DNA of 63,910 bases, counting the filler, from Octopus bimaculoides (lineage: Eukaryota), in assembly GCF_001194135.2 (NCBI RefSeq). It is 8 parts of 8 records of this genome, joined end to end, with 100 filler letters (N's around TTAATTAATTAA, not from the genome) between each part and the next. Parts side by side here need not be neighbours in the genome. Positions count along the whole stretch, not along the records: positions 49,736 to 53,175 come from NC_069006.1; positions 53,276 to 60,285 come from NW_026327044.1; positions 60,386 to 62,767 come from NC_068994.1; 5 more parts are not named here. One strand, 5' to 3'. How positions within the stretch are numbered: the first letter of the stretch is position 1; every line of letters begins with the position of its first letter. This document shows positions 50,680-62,767 of this stretch, one piece after another. The translations under genes and the position numbers were made by a program. Under the pieces are notes generated by a model that was given only the letters and a program-made list of their open reading frames with translations, was not told the origin of the DNA and searched no databases.

Positions 50680-51595
50680 CCTTATTTATTAATTAATTCG
50701 ATTCTTCAGCTTGCATTGCAAATATATTTATGACATTCTCATACAAATCTTCTGTTTTAATTAGGAGTAAGTCTTTTACAGTTGACTTAAGAATCAACCC
50801 TGAAAGTCCTTTCTCTCCTGTTGTATTTCTTTGATCAGTTGTAATTCTCTTCAATATACAAAAGGACCTATCTAGAGAGATAGATGTAGAAGGAATTGTC
50901 AAAGTCAAACTGCAACTATTGAAGAGTTCGGGCATAGCTTCAATATGATCATTTATGTAGATATAATGCATCAAATTGCCTAAGGTTTGCTTTTTAACAA
51001 ATTGTCAAAAATAAAAAATTTACAAGTGTTTTTTAAAGAATTCAAAGCATCTACTGGAAATCTTTTGCAATATTCTTCAGCTTTGCTAAAATTGCAAAGT
51101 TCCATGAATTTACGCTCTTTTAAGGATGAATATCTTGTTTTTAATTGGTCAACTATTGTGCCAATAAATTTGTTGTAGAGCATTTTATAAAATTGTTGTG
51201 GGTCGATAGATTTATTCCTGGATCTTTTGATTTGCATTGTTGCATTGATTCCATAGTTTTCCCCTAACATTTCTAAAAATATTGAAAAATTGTCCAGTTT
51301 ATTTTCAAGCATGTATTTTCGAGTTGTAGTTGTATGTGTTTGCTCTTTAGAATAGACTATATCAAAACTTTTTGTCTGAAGTATGTTAAGACATCAGTGA
51401 AAGAAATATATCACTAAATACTTCAAATGAAAATATGCATATACTTTATATACGTAGATAAGTGTGAAAACGAAATTTGTTTAGGGGGTGCAAACCCAGT
51501 CCAAGCCAGGATGTACAAAGTGATTTTCATTGCCCCCGCCAAAACTTTTAGGGGATGCACTTTCTCCCCTTACACCCTCTGTTCCTAAGCCTATG
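50680..51595 (-). mobile_element. hAT transposon remnant (C-terminal dimerisation domain plus one terminus)
   Basis: LTIPSTSISLDRSF..LKRI....RNTTGEK.LSGL; GC-rich subterminal region ending CATAGGC on the minus strand at 51595. Confidence 0.8.
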
Positions 51596-52733
51596 TATAT
51601 ATGTGCCTTTGTTCACCTTCGTGTATCCATTGGTCAGATAGCTGTGTGTGTGTGTGTGTGTGTTTGATTGTAGGTTTGGGTATTGTGTGGACAGTAATGT
51701 ATTTGTGAAAGTGTATGCAGGCAAGAATGGTTAGTATGTGTCTATGTGCTAACTTTATGAGTGATAGGTTATGCAAGGTTTATATATTGTAGTATGAAAG
51801 TTTTCTATGAAAATTGTGACTTTGTGTGTGTGTGTGTGTATGTGTGTGTGTGTGTGTGTCTTTGTGTATGGCTTATTGCGTTTGTGTATGTGAATATATG
51901 AGTGTTGTTTGTAGAGTTAATTTACGTATGTGGTTTTATTTTATTAATATGTGTGTGTTTGTATGTAGGCAATTTATCATGTTAGGTTACATGAATGATT
52001 ATGGGTGTGTGTGAGTACATATAATGCAAGTATTGTCCAATGTTTTTGTCCTGCTAGTTTGTGTATTTGTGTGTGTAAGTTGTGTGTGTGTGTGTGTGTG
52101 TGTGTAAGTTTATGTGTGATATCGGGTAAATTACTGTGGATGTATGGGGGTGTAGACTGGATTGAGTTAGGTAGCAATGTTGGAAAAGTATTTTAGGTGA
52201 ACTGCCAAAATGCCTGCAGTAGTCTAACATTTCTGAGCATTTCATTCAATCTGTTGTCATCGTGAAATAATATCAATAATTTCTCACTTAATCAAAGCAT
52301 TCAGTGTAGATTTGAATGAAAATTACTTATATACATAAAAAGAAGCATCACCAAGATTTGTCCTTTAGTTTCTTAACTCTACAAATCCTGTTTACTTTAA
52401 AAACCAGACTTTTCTAGAGAGGTGTGAGGCAAACTTTCCTCCAAGTTTCTTAAATGTATGAATATGTTGATAAAAACGAACTTTAAAGTAGTTATTTGTT
52501 AAGCCTATATAACTCCAAGGGCACATTGTTATTGTCAGGTTGAACTTTTGTGCAATTACCATTAAGGTGGATATTGCTTGTGATTATACAGTTACAAGTA
52601 AAGAGATAGGGCTGCCTACATTATTGTTGTCATAAAGATTGCAGGTGTTACAATACTAATGAAACTTAATGTTTACAACATGAATAGCTTACTTTACTTG
52701 TGTGTCTATGACAAAATATATTTATGTTGATAG

Positions 52734-52770
<37 letters not shown>

Positions 52771-53131
52771 CATGCACGTGAGTGTGTGCGTGTGTGTATG
52801 TATGTGTTGTGTGTGTATCATTATCATAATATAACGTCCACTTTTCCTTGCTTATATAGATCAGACAGAACTTGTTGCAGCAGATTGTTTTTACAGCTGG
52901 ATGCCTTTCCTGTCACTAACCCTCATCTCTTTCCAAGCATGCTTATATTTCCGCATGAGCAGATATGATTTTCACAGTAGACTGGAATTGAACAAAACTG
53001 ATTTTATGAGAATGGTGCTTATTTGCAACCATCATGTGAAGTCAAATAGGGATATACACACACACACACATAGATACATACATGACACACACACACATAT
53101 ATATATACACACATATACATATGTGTGTGTG

Positions 53132-53175
<44 letters not shown>

Positions 53176-53505
53176 NNNNNNNNNNNNNNNNNNNNNNNNN
53201 NNNNNNNNNNNNNNNNNNNTTAATTAATTAANNNNNNNNNNNNNNNNNNNNNNNNNNNNNNNNNNNNNNNNNNNNATATATATATATATATATATATATA
53301 CACGCATGTATGTATATATGAACGTATATGTATGCATATATACGCATTTCATTTCCTTTGGTAGATCAAGGAATTGAATGGATAGGAAAATATGTGACTT
53401 GGCGAGAAGAATCGCTGAGCGGATGGCGATGTAGCGTTCATTAAATAGCTAAGTCCTGTCTCCTGCATTGTTGAGGCGACAATGTATATATGCAGATATA
53501 CATAT

Positions 53506-53540
<35 letters not shown>

Positions 53541-53589
53541 TATGTATATATAATACATAAATACATTTATACATACATACATATATATG

Positions 53590-53643
<54 letters not shown>

Positions 53644-54272
53644 NNNNNNNNNNNNNNNNNNNNNNNNNNNNNNNNNNNNNNNNNNNNNNNNNNNNNNNNN
53701 NNNNNNNNNNNNNNNNNNNNNNNNNNNNNNNNNNNNNNNNNNNNNNNNNNNNNNNNNNNNNNNNNNNNNNNNNNNNNNNNNNNNNNNNNNNNNNNNNNNN
53801 NNNNNNNNNNNNNNNNNNNNNNNNNNNNNNNNNNNNNNNNNNNNNNNNNNNNNNNNNNNNNNNNNNNNNNNNNNNNNNNNNNNNNNNNNNNNNNNNNNNN
53901 NNNNNNNNNNNNNNNNNNNNNNNNNNNNNNNNNNNNNNNNNNNNNNNNNNNNNNNNNNNNNNNNNNNNNNNNNNNNNNNNNNNNNNNNNNNNNNNNNNNN
54001 NNNNNNNNNNNNNNNNNNNNNNNNNNNNNNNNNNNNNNNNNNNNNNNNNNNNNNNNNNNNNNNNNNNNNNNNNNNNNNNNNNNNNNNNNNNNNNNNNNNN
54101 NNNNNNNNNNNNNNNNNNNNNNNNNNNNNNNNNNNNNNNNNNNNNNNNNNNNNNNNNNNNNNNNNNNNNNNNNNNNNNNNNNNNNNNNNNNNNNNNNNNN
54201 NNNNNNNNNNNNNNNNNNNNNNNNNNNNNNNNNNNNNNNNNNNNNNNNNNNNNNNNNNNNNNNNNNNNNNNN

Positions 54273-54325
<53 letters not shown>

Positions 54326-54342
54326 GTATATATATAAATATG

Positions 54343-54465
54343 CAGTGATACCTCGCAGTACGAGTTTAATTCGTTCCATGAGTGAACTCGTCTTACGATT
54401 TACTCGTTTTACAAACCAATTTTCCCTCCATTGAAATTAACGAAATTAACTAAAATCTAATTAAT
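54343..54465 (+). mobile_element. pogo/Tigger-like MITE terminus
   Basis: CAGTGATACCTCG..TACGAGTTTAATTCGTTCC resembles Tigger-type terminal sequence (recalled). Confidence 0.55.
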
Positions 54466-54525
54466 CCACTTATTTACATTATTTACATTTCGACGGATAT
54501 ATTTGTGCCCATCTTGTTTGTCGTT

Positions 54526-54572
54526 AACACAACGTTTTCGGCCGATATACCCGCCTGCCCTCTTCAGGCGTT
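54526..54572 (-). ncRNA. Minimal type I hammerhead, same family as 30035
   Basis: AACGC-CUGAAGA-G-GGCAG-GCGGGUAUAU-CGGCC-GAAAA-C-GUU|GUGUU; one extra A after GAAA. Confidence 0.7.
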
Positions 54573-54589
54573 TTGGATACACGATGGTG

Positions 54590-56005
54590 ATGGTGGTGTT
54601 CGTGTTTGAGATGGACGATGACGAATATGATTGCCTGTAGACGTGTTGGCGATGATGATGGTAATGAAAGAAATGTTGATCTTGATGATGAAGATGATGA
54701 TGATGATGATGACAATAACGAGACGATGCCATTGACTATGATGATGATGATGGGGATCATGACGATGGCGCAGGTGGTGATGACGATAATGATAGTATGA
54801 CGATGATGATGATGATGATGATGCAGAGGTGGAGGAGGAGGAGGAAACGCTGATTATGATGATAATGATAATGAAGATGATGATGATGATTATGATGATT
54901 TTGATGGTGGTGGCGTTGCTGCTAGTGATGATGACCAAGAAAATAATCATATTGAGGAGGGGAGAGGGGTCTTATGATAACGATGATGATGATGATGGAG
55001 ATGAAGATGCTGGCAAAGGAGGCGGTGGGGATGGAGACGATACTGTTGGTCTCTTGCAAAAATGATTCATTGTTGATGATGTCTAGGGTCACTGATGATG
55101 ATGATGAGGAGGAGGATATTGATGATGATGAAGAGGATAATGATGACGATGAGGAGGAGGAGGATGGTGAAAGTAATAATGATGATGATAATGTTGATGA
55201 TGATGGTGGTGATGATGATGATCATGATAATGAGGAGGAGGATATTTATGATGTTGTTGATGATGATGATAATGATGAGGAGGATGAGGATGAGGATGAT
55301 GACGATGATGACGATGTTGATGATGATGATAATGTTGATAATGATGCTGGTGATGATGATGGTGATGATGGTGATGATGATGAGGAGGAGGAGGAAGATG
55401 ATATTGATGGTGATGGTGTTGATGATGATNNNNNNNNNNNNNNNNNNNNNNNNNNNNNNNNNNNNNNNNNNNNNNNNNNNNNNNNNNNNNNNNNNNNNNN
55501 NNNNNNNNNNNNNNNNNNNNNNNNNNNNNNNNNNNNNNNNNNNNNNNNNNNNNNNNNNNNNNNNNNNNNNNNNNNNNNNNNNNNNNNNNNNNNNNNNNNN
55601 NNNNNNNNNNNNNNNNNNNNNNNNNNNNNNNNNNNNNNNNNNNNNNNNNNNNNNNNNNNNNNNNNNNNNNNNNNNNNNNNNNNNNNNNNNNNNNNNNNNN
55701 NNNNNNNNNNNNNNNNNNNNNNNNNNNNNNNNNNNNNNNNNNNNNNNNNNNNNNNNNNNNNNNNNNNNNNNNNNNNNNNNNNNNNNNNNNNNNNNNNNNN
55801 NNNNNNNNNNNNNNNNNNNNNNNNNNNNNNNNNNNNNNNNNNNNNNNNNNNNNNNNNNNNNNNNNNNNNNNNNNNNNNNNNNNNNNNNNNNNNNNNNNNN
55901 NNNNNNNNNNNNNNNNNNNNNNNNNNNNNNNNNNNNNNNNNNNNNNNNNNNNNNNNNNNNNNNNNNNNNNNNNNNNNNNNNNNGGAAATGGAAATGATAG
56001 TGTTG

Positions 56006-56057
<52 letters not shown>

Positions 56058-56213
56058 CGGTGATGATGTTGGTGGTGTTGGTGGTTGTGATGACGGAGGT
56101 AGTGTTGGCATTGGTATGGCGGTGTGGATTGAGGTGTTGGTGGTGGTGGTGGTGGTGGTGTTGGTAGAGGTGTTAGTGGCCATGCTGGTCTTTGTGGTCG
56201 GCAGCAGCAGCAA

Positions 56214-56245
<32 letters not shown>

Positions 56246-56278
56246 ATTACAGCGTTCATTGTAGTATTTGATTTGTTG

Positions 56279-56316
<38 letters not shown>

Positions 56317-56320
56317 TTAA
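54590..56320. repeat. Large degenerate (GAT/GAG/GGT/TAG)n trinucleotide tract with internal gap
   Basis: Direct inspection; source of the spurious poly-D/M/H ORFs. Confidence 0.95.
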
Positions 56321-56657
56321 GAATAAGGATATCACATCGTTAAACGTAGTTCATGTTGTTGTTGTCAGCAAGCAGCCGAAACGGCCAGCCAATGTCCAGT
56401 GGCCTTCCAGCCGTGACAAACACGTATCAAATGGCATTTCATTATGCTTTACTTCATACTTCTAAAGAGACAAACGGTTCAAAAATGCGGAGTTTGCTGC
56501 TGTTGTTTGTAGCAGGTCTCACTACCGCGTAGAAGTGTTCCTCGAAATGTCATACACACATGTGTCATGAGGGACATTTAGCTGCTGTTTCTACCAGTTC
56601 AAGTTATACAGAAAGGTTTCACCTGTTGGTGCATACCTATACCTATATATATATACC

Positions 56658-56691
<34 letters not shown>

Positions 56692-56694
56692 CAA

Positions 56695-56835
56695 CGGACT
56701 TCTTTCAGTTTCCGTCTACCAAACCCTCTCGCAAAGGCTTTGGTCGGGCCGAGAGTGCAGTAGAAGACACTTGCCCACGGTTTCGCGCAGTGGGACTGAA
56801 CCCGGAACCATGTGGTTGGGAAGTAAATTTGAACT
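56695..56835 (-). mobile_element. SINE family B, 5' half, CpG intact
   Basis: AAGGCTTTGGTCGGGCCGAG..GTAGAAGACACTTGCCC..GGGACTGAACCCGGAACCATGTGGTTGGGAAG. Confidence 0.85.
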
Positions 56836-57033
56836 CCATAGGAGTCATAGCAGTCCTTCTATTATCTGTAAAAAAAAAAATGAAGTAGACTGACTTAACA
56901 AACTTTGAACCCGTTGAAGGTACACCAGATACCGAAGTATCGTTCAGCAAATTTAATTATGGAACTCTTCTTTTTTATTTACATATTCCCTCCAGAGGAG
57001 TCATATTATCTATTATTATTATTATTATCATCT

Positions 57034-57064
<31 letters not shown>

Positions 57065-57097
57065 CATCATCGTTTTGGTGGTTATTATTATCATTGG

Positions 57098-57500
57098 GCT
57101 GTCCTCAAGTGAGTTTATTGGAAAAGGTGGGTGAAAGCTGCGAAAAATGACAAGAGTAGATGGTACTTCTCTCAGTGTGGACCTCTGAGTCGGAGCGGTC
57201 ACTTGCTCTTGCGATTTCAGGAAGATCTCGGACAATGGGGTTCCTCAGTTATCCTTAGAGGCCTTCCTGTATTAGGAGGGCCATGCCTCCACCATCCTCC
57301 CCGCCACTTTATCATTTTCATCTTTGTTTTCCATGCATGTATCCCTCCTTTTTCAGTGTATACCGTTGTACACTTAGCATTTTTAAAATCATTTCATTAT
57401 ATATAAACCCCCATACTTTATGCCTGTGTCAGTATTGTCCCCTCATCCTTCATCCTTGTGGCAAATAGATGAAATTATTGTTATTATTATTATTATTATT
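57098..57500 (+). mobile_element. Probable L1/Tx1 LINE extreme 3' end with UTR and (ATT)n tail
   Basis: Frameshifted LSSSEF..RWVKAAKMTRVDGTSLSVDL* followed by a pyrimidine-rich UTR and (ATT)n; family assignment from memory. Confidence 0.45.
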
Positions 57501-57596
57501 CTTTTATTACCTTTTTCTCCGAATACTCAGCCAACTCGGCCTCTCTTTCAAACGAAATATTTCAAGAAACAAAAGACAAGACTCACAGCAAGAACG

Positions 57597-57653
<57 letters not shown>

Positions 57654-58260
57654 TTTTCGGAATATGGCGTCCATCTGGCTGAACTATCATAAGTACCGAA
57701 CATCAGAATGAAATCATCCGGAAAATAATGTTAAACACTACACAAAAAAACATGTCATAAACGTATGTAAGACACATATGTATATATNNNNNNNNNNNNN
57801 NNNNNNNNNNNNNNNNNNNNNNNNNNNNNNNNNNNNNNNNNNNNNNNNNNNNNNNNNNNNNNNNNNNNNNNNNNNNNNNNNNNNNNNNNNNNNNNNNNNN
57901 NNNNNNNNNNNNNNNNNNNNNNNNNNNNNNNNNNNNNNNNNNNNNNNNNNNNNNNNNNNNNNNNNNNNNNNNNNNNNNNNNNNNNNNNNNNNNNNNNNNN
58001 NNNNNNNNNNNNNNNNNNNNNNNNNNNNNNNNNNNNNNNNNNNNNNNNNNNNNNNNNNNNNNNNNNNNNNNNNNNNNNNNNNNNNNNNNNNNNNNNNNNN
58101 NNNNNNNNNNNNNNNNNNNNNNNNNNNNNNNNNNNNNNNNNNNNNNNNNNNNNNNNNNNNNNNNNNNNNNNNNNNNNNNNCATTATATAAATATATATAT
58201 ATATATATACGTGTGTGTGTGTCATTGAACAGACTCGTACATACATAAATATATACACAG

Positions 58261-58325
58261 GAAGAGAGTATGGCAAAGAGAAGGAAAGCTGTGGAAGACA
58301 AACAAAACGAAAACCTGAGACAGCG
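58261..58325 (+). CDS. Possible short coding exon, unidentified gene
   Basis: CACAG|GAAGAG...CAGCG|GTATGT; open frame EESMAKRRKAVEDKQNENLRQR; weak pyrimidine tract, no homology recognised. Confidence 0.25.
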
Positions 58326-58929
58326 GTATGTTGGTACAATCACAGATTATTGAAACGGCAAGTGGATAATTTCCTTGGAGAGGAAGCAAGCACACATACA
58401 CACATACGTACAAACATGCATGTATACTGTTTTCTTTTGAATTCGGACGACAAAACAATATGTGGATCCTCTGTACGCTTTATGACATTCGCTCCAAATT
58501 TGCATGAAATTATGTTTTAAAGTTCATTAGGGATTAGTNNNNNNNNNNNNNNNNNNNNNNNNNNNNNNNNNNNNNNNNNNNNNNNNNNNNNNNNNNNNNN
58601 NNNNNNNNNNNNNNNNNNNNNNNNNNNNNNNNNNNNNNNNNNNNNNNNNNNNNNNNNNNNNNNNNNNNNNNNNNNNNNNNNNNNNNNNNNNNNNNNNNNN
58701 NNNNNNNNNNNNNNNNNNNNNNNNNNNNNNNNNNNNNNNNNNNNNNNNNNNNNNNNNNNNNNNNNNNNNNNNNNNNNNNNNNNNNNNNNNNNNNNNNNNN
58801 NNNNNNNNNNNNNNNNNNNNNNNNNNNNNNNGAGCGCAATGCCTAACCACTGGGCCATTGCGCCTCCACACACTCACGCACCTATAAATATATATCTTTA
58901 TATATATATATATGCATATATATATATAT

Positions 58930-59062
58930 ATAGCGGTTCGGCAAAAAGAGACCGATAGAATAAGTACTAGGCTTACAACGAATAAGTCCTGGGGTCGATT
59001 TGATTCGACTAAAGGCGGTGCTCCAGCATGGCCGCAGTCAAATGACTGAAACAAGTAAAAGA
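58930..59062 (+). mobile_element. SINE family B 3' end, CpG intact
   Basis: Near-identical to 2457-2594. Confidence 0.9.
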
Positions 59063-60454
59063 GTATATATATATATATATATAGTGTTTGAAAAAAATTG
59101 TAGACAATATATATATATAAAGATAGATATATATACACACACACATATAAGTACACACATACGTACGTATGTATGTGTATATGTATATATGCTACAGAAG
59201 CACAAATGAAAACTTATCAGCTAATACTATCAGCCGTACTAAAACCACTGAACCACTGTCGCCTCTCCCCGTTCGCTATTTGCAATCATCATACATCTTG
59301 ATTTCCTTTTGGACCTGTCCGCGTGAATAGCAAAACCCGAGTGTGTCCATAGCAGTTTTTGATGGAGATCTCTTGTTACTTATGAACGGCCTCTCCACCA
59401 CCACAACTACCACCTCACCATCCATTATCCTACCATTAAACACCGCCACCATAAACATATAATTTCAGGACCGCCATCGCCTCCGCCATCGCCTGCGCCT
59501 GCGCCATATCACCATTGCCCCATAATCGATGGCCGAGGCGTTATAATAGATCTCCTGCCATAACTCCGTGCTTTAGACTCCCACCACCCACCTTACTATC
59601 TCATTCTTTTTCTATATGTTTGTCTATCTCTCGGGCTTACACTCTCTCTCTCTCTCTCCCTCCCATTCTCCCTCCTTTCCTTTCTGTTTCCCTCTGTCCC
59701 TCTCTCTCCCTCTTTGTCTCTTTCTCTTCTCCTCTCTCTCCCTGACACCGATTTGGGTATGTTGATGAGTGCTTAGCTACAGGTATTCGGTCCTCACGTT
59801 GAAGTTCCGAGTTCGAATTTCACCCAGGACGATTTTTCGCTTTCATTCTTTCGGGGGTCGATGAAATAAGAACATCTTGGGGCCTAATTGTGTTTCGAGG
59901 TCAAAACATACACACAAACGTTCATACATAGGGCTGAAGACCAAGCAGTAAGTACAGTCGAGTTGCTAGGAGGAGGATGGGAAAAAGAAATAGGAGGAAT
60001 ACGTAAGGTTTGTACAACGAACATGAAATAATGATGAGTTACAATAAGAACGGAACACGTTGTGGGTGTTTATTGAGCGAAAGTGGGTGTCTGTTCGTAT
60101 ACAGAGAGAGTGTGTGAAGATACGTGAGTTAATGATTAAGGTATGGGATTCATAATCATAAGGTTGTAGTTTTGATTGCTCCAATGGGTGACGCATTGTG
60201 TTCTTGAGCAAAACCTTTCATTTCACATTGCTTCATTTCACATACACATATATACACACACGCACACACACACACACACACACACNNNNNNNNNNNNNNN
60301 NNNNNNNNNNNNNNNNNNNNNNNNNNNNNTTAATTAATTAANNNNNNNNNNNNNNNNNNNNNNNNNNNNNNNNNNNNNNNNNNNNTGTGTGTGTGTGTGT
60401 GTGTATACATACGGGAGGCGGCTACGTTCTGTATGTATATATACATATACATAC

Positions 60455-60615
60455 AGGATGCCGCTACGTTCTGAGTTCAAATTCCGCCGAGGTCGACTTT
60501 ACCTTTCATCCTTTCGGGGGTCAATGAAATAAGTACCAGTTACGCACCGGTGTCGATGTGATTGACTAGCTCCCTTCCCCGCAAAATTTTTAAGGCCTTG
60601 TGCATAGAGTAGAAA
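60455..60615 (+). mobile_element. SINE family A, 5'-truncated
   Basis: GTTCTGAGTTCAAATTCCGCCGAGGTCGACTTTACCTTTCATCCTTTCGGGG; another fragment at about 59752-59885. Confidence 0.85.
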
Positions 60616-60725
60616 TAATTATTTATATACACATATGCCACGTTGGACTTCATTTTCTCTCTGTTTATTTTCTTTTATTCCTTTCCGCTGTTTTTTTCAT
60701 TTTCTCTCTGTTTATTTTCTTTTAT

Positions 60726-60764
60726 TCCTTTCTGCTGAAGAGCGTAGGCTCGAAACATAAAGGA
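60726..60764 (+). ncRNA. Minimal hammerhead with CUGCUGA core variant
   Basis: UCCUU-U-CUGCUGA-A-GAGC-GUAG-GCUC-GAAA-C-AUA|AAGGA; AUA is probably CpG-decayed GUA. Confidence 0.6.
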
Positions 60765-60899
60765 CTTTTTCATTTTTTCCGAGCGTCGAACTAATACACT
60801 TGCTAGTTGTTCAGGCACCTGTCTTCGTCTTTTGTTCTTCTATAAATTTCTACAATATATATATATACACATACTGGCGATTTATTTACATCTTTTTAC

Positions 60900-61372
60900 A
60901 GGAACAGCTTGATCTATTAGTGACAACGGTGTTGGAGAGCATAAAGATTAATGTTATAGTTGAGAAAAAGTTAGCTGACTTGGAGGACTGGAATCCATCT
61001 GAAATTAAAAAAGGGTTTGGCGTGGGAAATGGTCGCTGGAGTCGCGAGCTGGTCCTGAATGATGACCTTCGCTACCATTTGCGCAAGAGGCGCAAAGGAC
61101 AAATTCTGACAGCCATATCCAAGGAGAACCCCTTGATGAAAGGAAACTCCTGAACAAGCTGAGGCTTCCTGTTGAGCCGAGGATGATCTGCTTATTCTCA
61201 GACGGAAAAAAAAAGAACTTTCACCAGGACCAGTTGCACAGCACCAAGAACAACAAAATCTATGTGGTGTCTCACGTATCATGGAAACCAAGTTCCTCCA
61301 GATAGTGATGGTCTTTGGGTAGATTTTCAGTGAAGATGGTGTCATGCCGCACCAAATCTTTGAACAGGGTTA
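60900..61372 (+). mobile_element. DD37D/maT-like Tc1-mariner transposase remnant
   Basis: DLRY..RKRRKGQILT...KEN.L.K, LFSD.K.FHQDQLH..KNN, METKF.Q.VMVFG..SEDGVMP..IFEQG across frameshifts. Confidence 0.8.
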
Positions 61373-61490
61373 CGGATTCAGTCCCACTGCATGGCACCTT
61401 CGGCAGGTGTCTTCTATTATAAGCCCTAGCCGTCCAAAGCCTTGTGAGTAGATTTGGTAGACGGCAACTGAAAGAAGCCGGTCAGACACA
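61365..61490 (+). mobile_element. SINE family B, 5' half
   Basis: TTCAGTCCCACTGCATGGCACCTT..AAAGCCTTGTGAGTAGATTTGGTAGACGG. Confidence 0.8.
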
Positions 61491-61493
61491 CAC

Positions 61494-61526
<33 letters not shown>

Positions 61527-61878
61527 CGAAATCCACTCACAAGGCTTTGGTCAGCCCATATATATGTATATATATATATTGTATGAGTTGATGGTGGTAT
61601 TGTGCGAAGAATAATGTCTACTGTCTACAGTAAAATTTATCCATCCGATCAGTTTCTTTACAATTTCTCTCAGCACGATTCCCTTCGTAAAGACTAGCCC
61701 GACCCAATGCTTGCGTAGAATGTACTTGCCCAGCGCAATGCCTAGCTAGTAGCTGGTTTGGATTTGAAACCACGTCACAGCGAATTGAAATACTTAGCCA
61801 CACAGCTGCCTGAAGGCAATAAAATAGACATTAAAAAAAACAGCGAAAACAACGGAAGACTACAACGACAACGACGTT

Positions 61879-61915
<37 letters not shown>

Positions 61916-62304
61916 TCAACAACAAAAACGAGTCTTTCCATTTAGTCTTGTGATAGCGAGAAAAATGGTAAGTATTTGAGCGAAGTTTTGTTTATTTAAT
62001 CAAAATTAAGCTTTGGAAAATTGTGATTGATATCGATATACCAGACAGTAGCCGAAGGCGGACTTTTATGGCAATTTATTGTTTGTTTAAGAGAAAAATA
62101 AAATAGTAATTAATCACTCCGAAAAAGCCTGAACATTTCTAGGAGAGTGGACATAATTAAATAAATATAAAATAATATAATTCAATATGAGATAAAACAA
62201 ATAATAAAATATATATGATATAATATGCAATATATAATAAATGATATCAATTCTCAAACACCTACCGTTGGATCAGCAATAATACAACTCGATTTCCAAT
62301 ATGC

Positions 62305-62368
<64 letters not shown>

Positions 62369-62379
62369 CAATAATAATA

Positions 62380-62767
62380 ATGGTTTCAAATTTTTCCACG
62401 AGGGCAGCAGTTTTGGGGGAAGGGATGAGTCGATTACATCGACCCCAGTATTTTACTGGTACTTATTTTATCGACCCCGAAAGGATGAAAGGCAAAGTCG
62501 ACCTCGGGACATAAAGCCGGACGAAATGCTGCAAAGCATTTTGCCCGGCGTGCTAACGATTCTGCCAGCTCGCCGCCTTAATAATAATAATAATAATAAT
62601 CCTTTCTACTGGAAGAACAAGGCCTGAAATTTGGGGGAAGCGATTAGGTCCATTACATCGACCTCAGTATGCAACTGGTACTTAATTTATCGACCCCGAA
62701 AAGATGAAAGGCAAAGTCGACCTCTACAAAATTTGAACTCAGAACATAGCGACGGGCGAAATACTTC
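62380..62767 (-). mobile_element. Two tandem SINE family A copies with (AAT)n-complement tails
   Basis: TTATCGACCCCGAAAGGATGAAAGGCAAAGTCGACCTC twice; (AAT)n at 62305-62380 and 62580-62600. Confidence 0.9.

Noticed and set aside
53370-53450. Minus-strand ERYIAI, like a GPCR DRY motif
   Set aside because: Flanking residues do not form a transmembrane helix context and there is an in-frame stop just upstream.
1379-58839. Long ORFs in the supplied track (for example 1379-2430, 7583-8755, 17643-18459, 28824-29594, 53490-54434, 54974-56335)
   Set aside because: They consist of N gaps and di- or trinucleotide repeats; no coding information.
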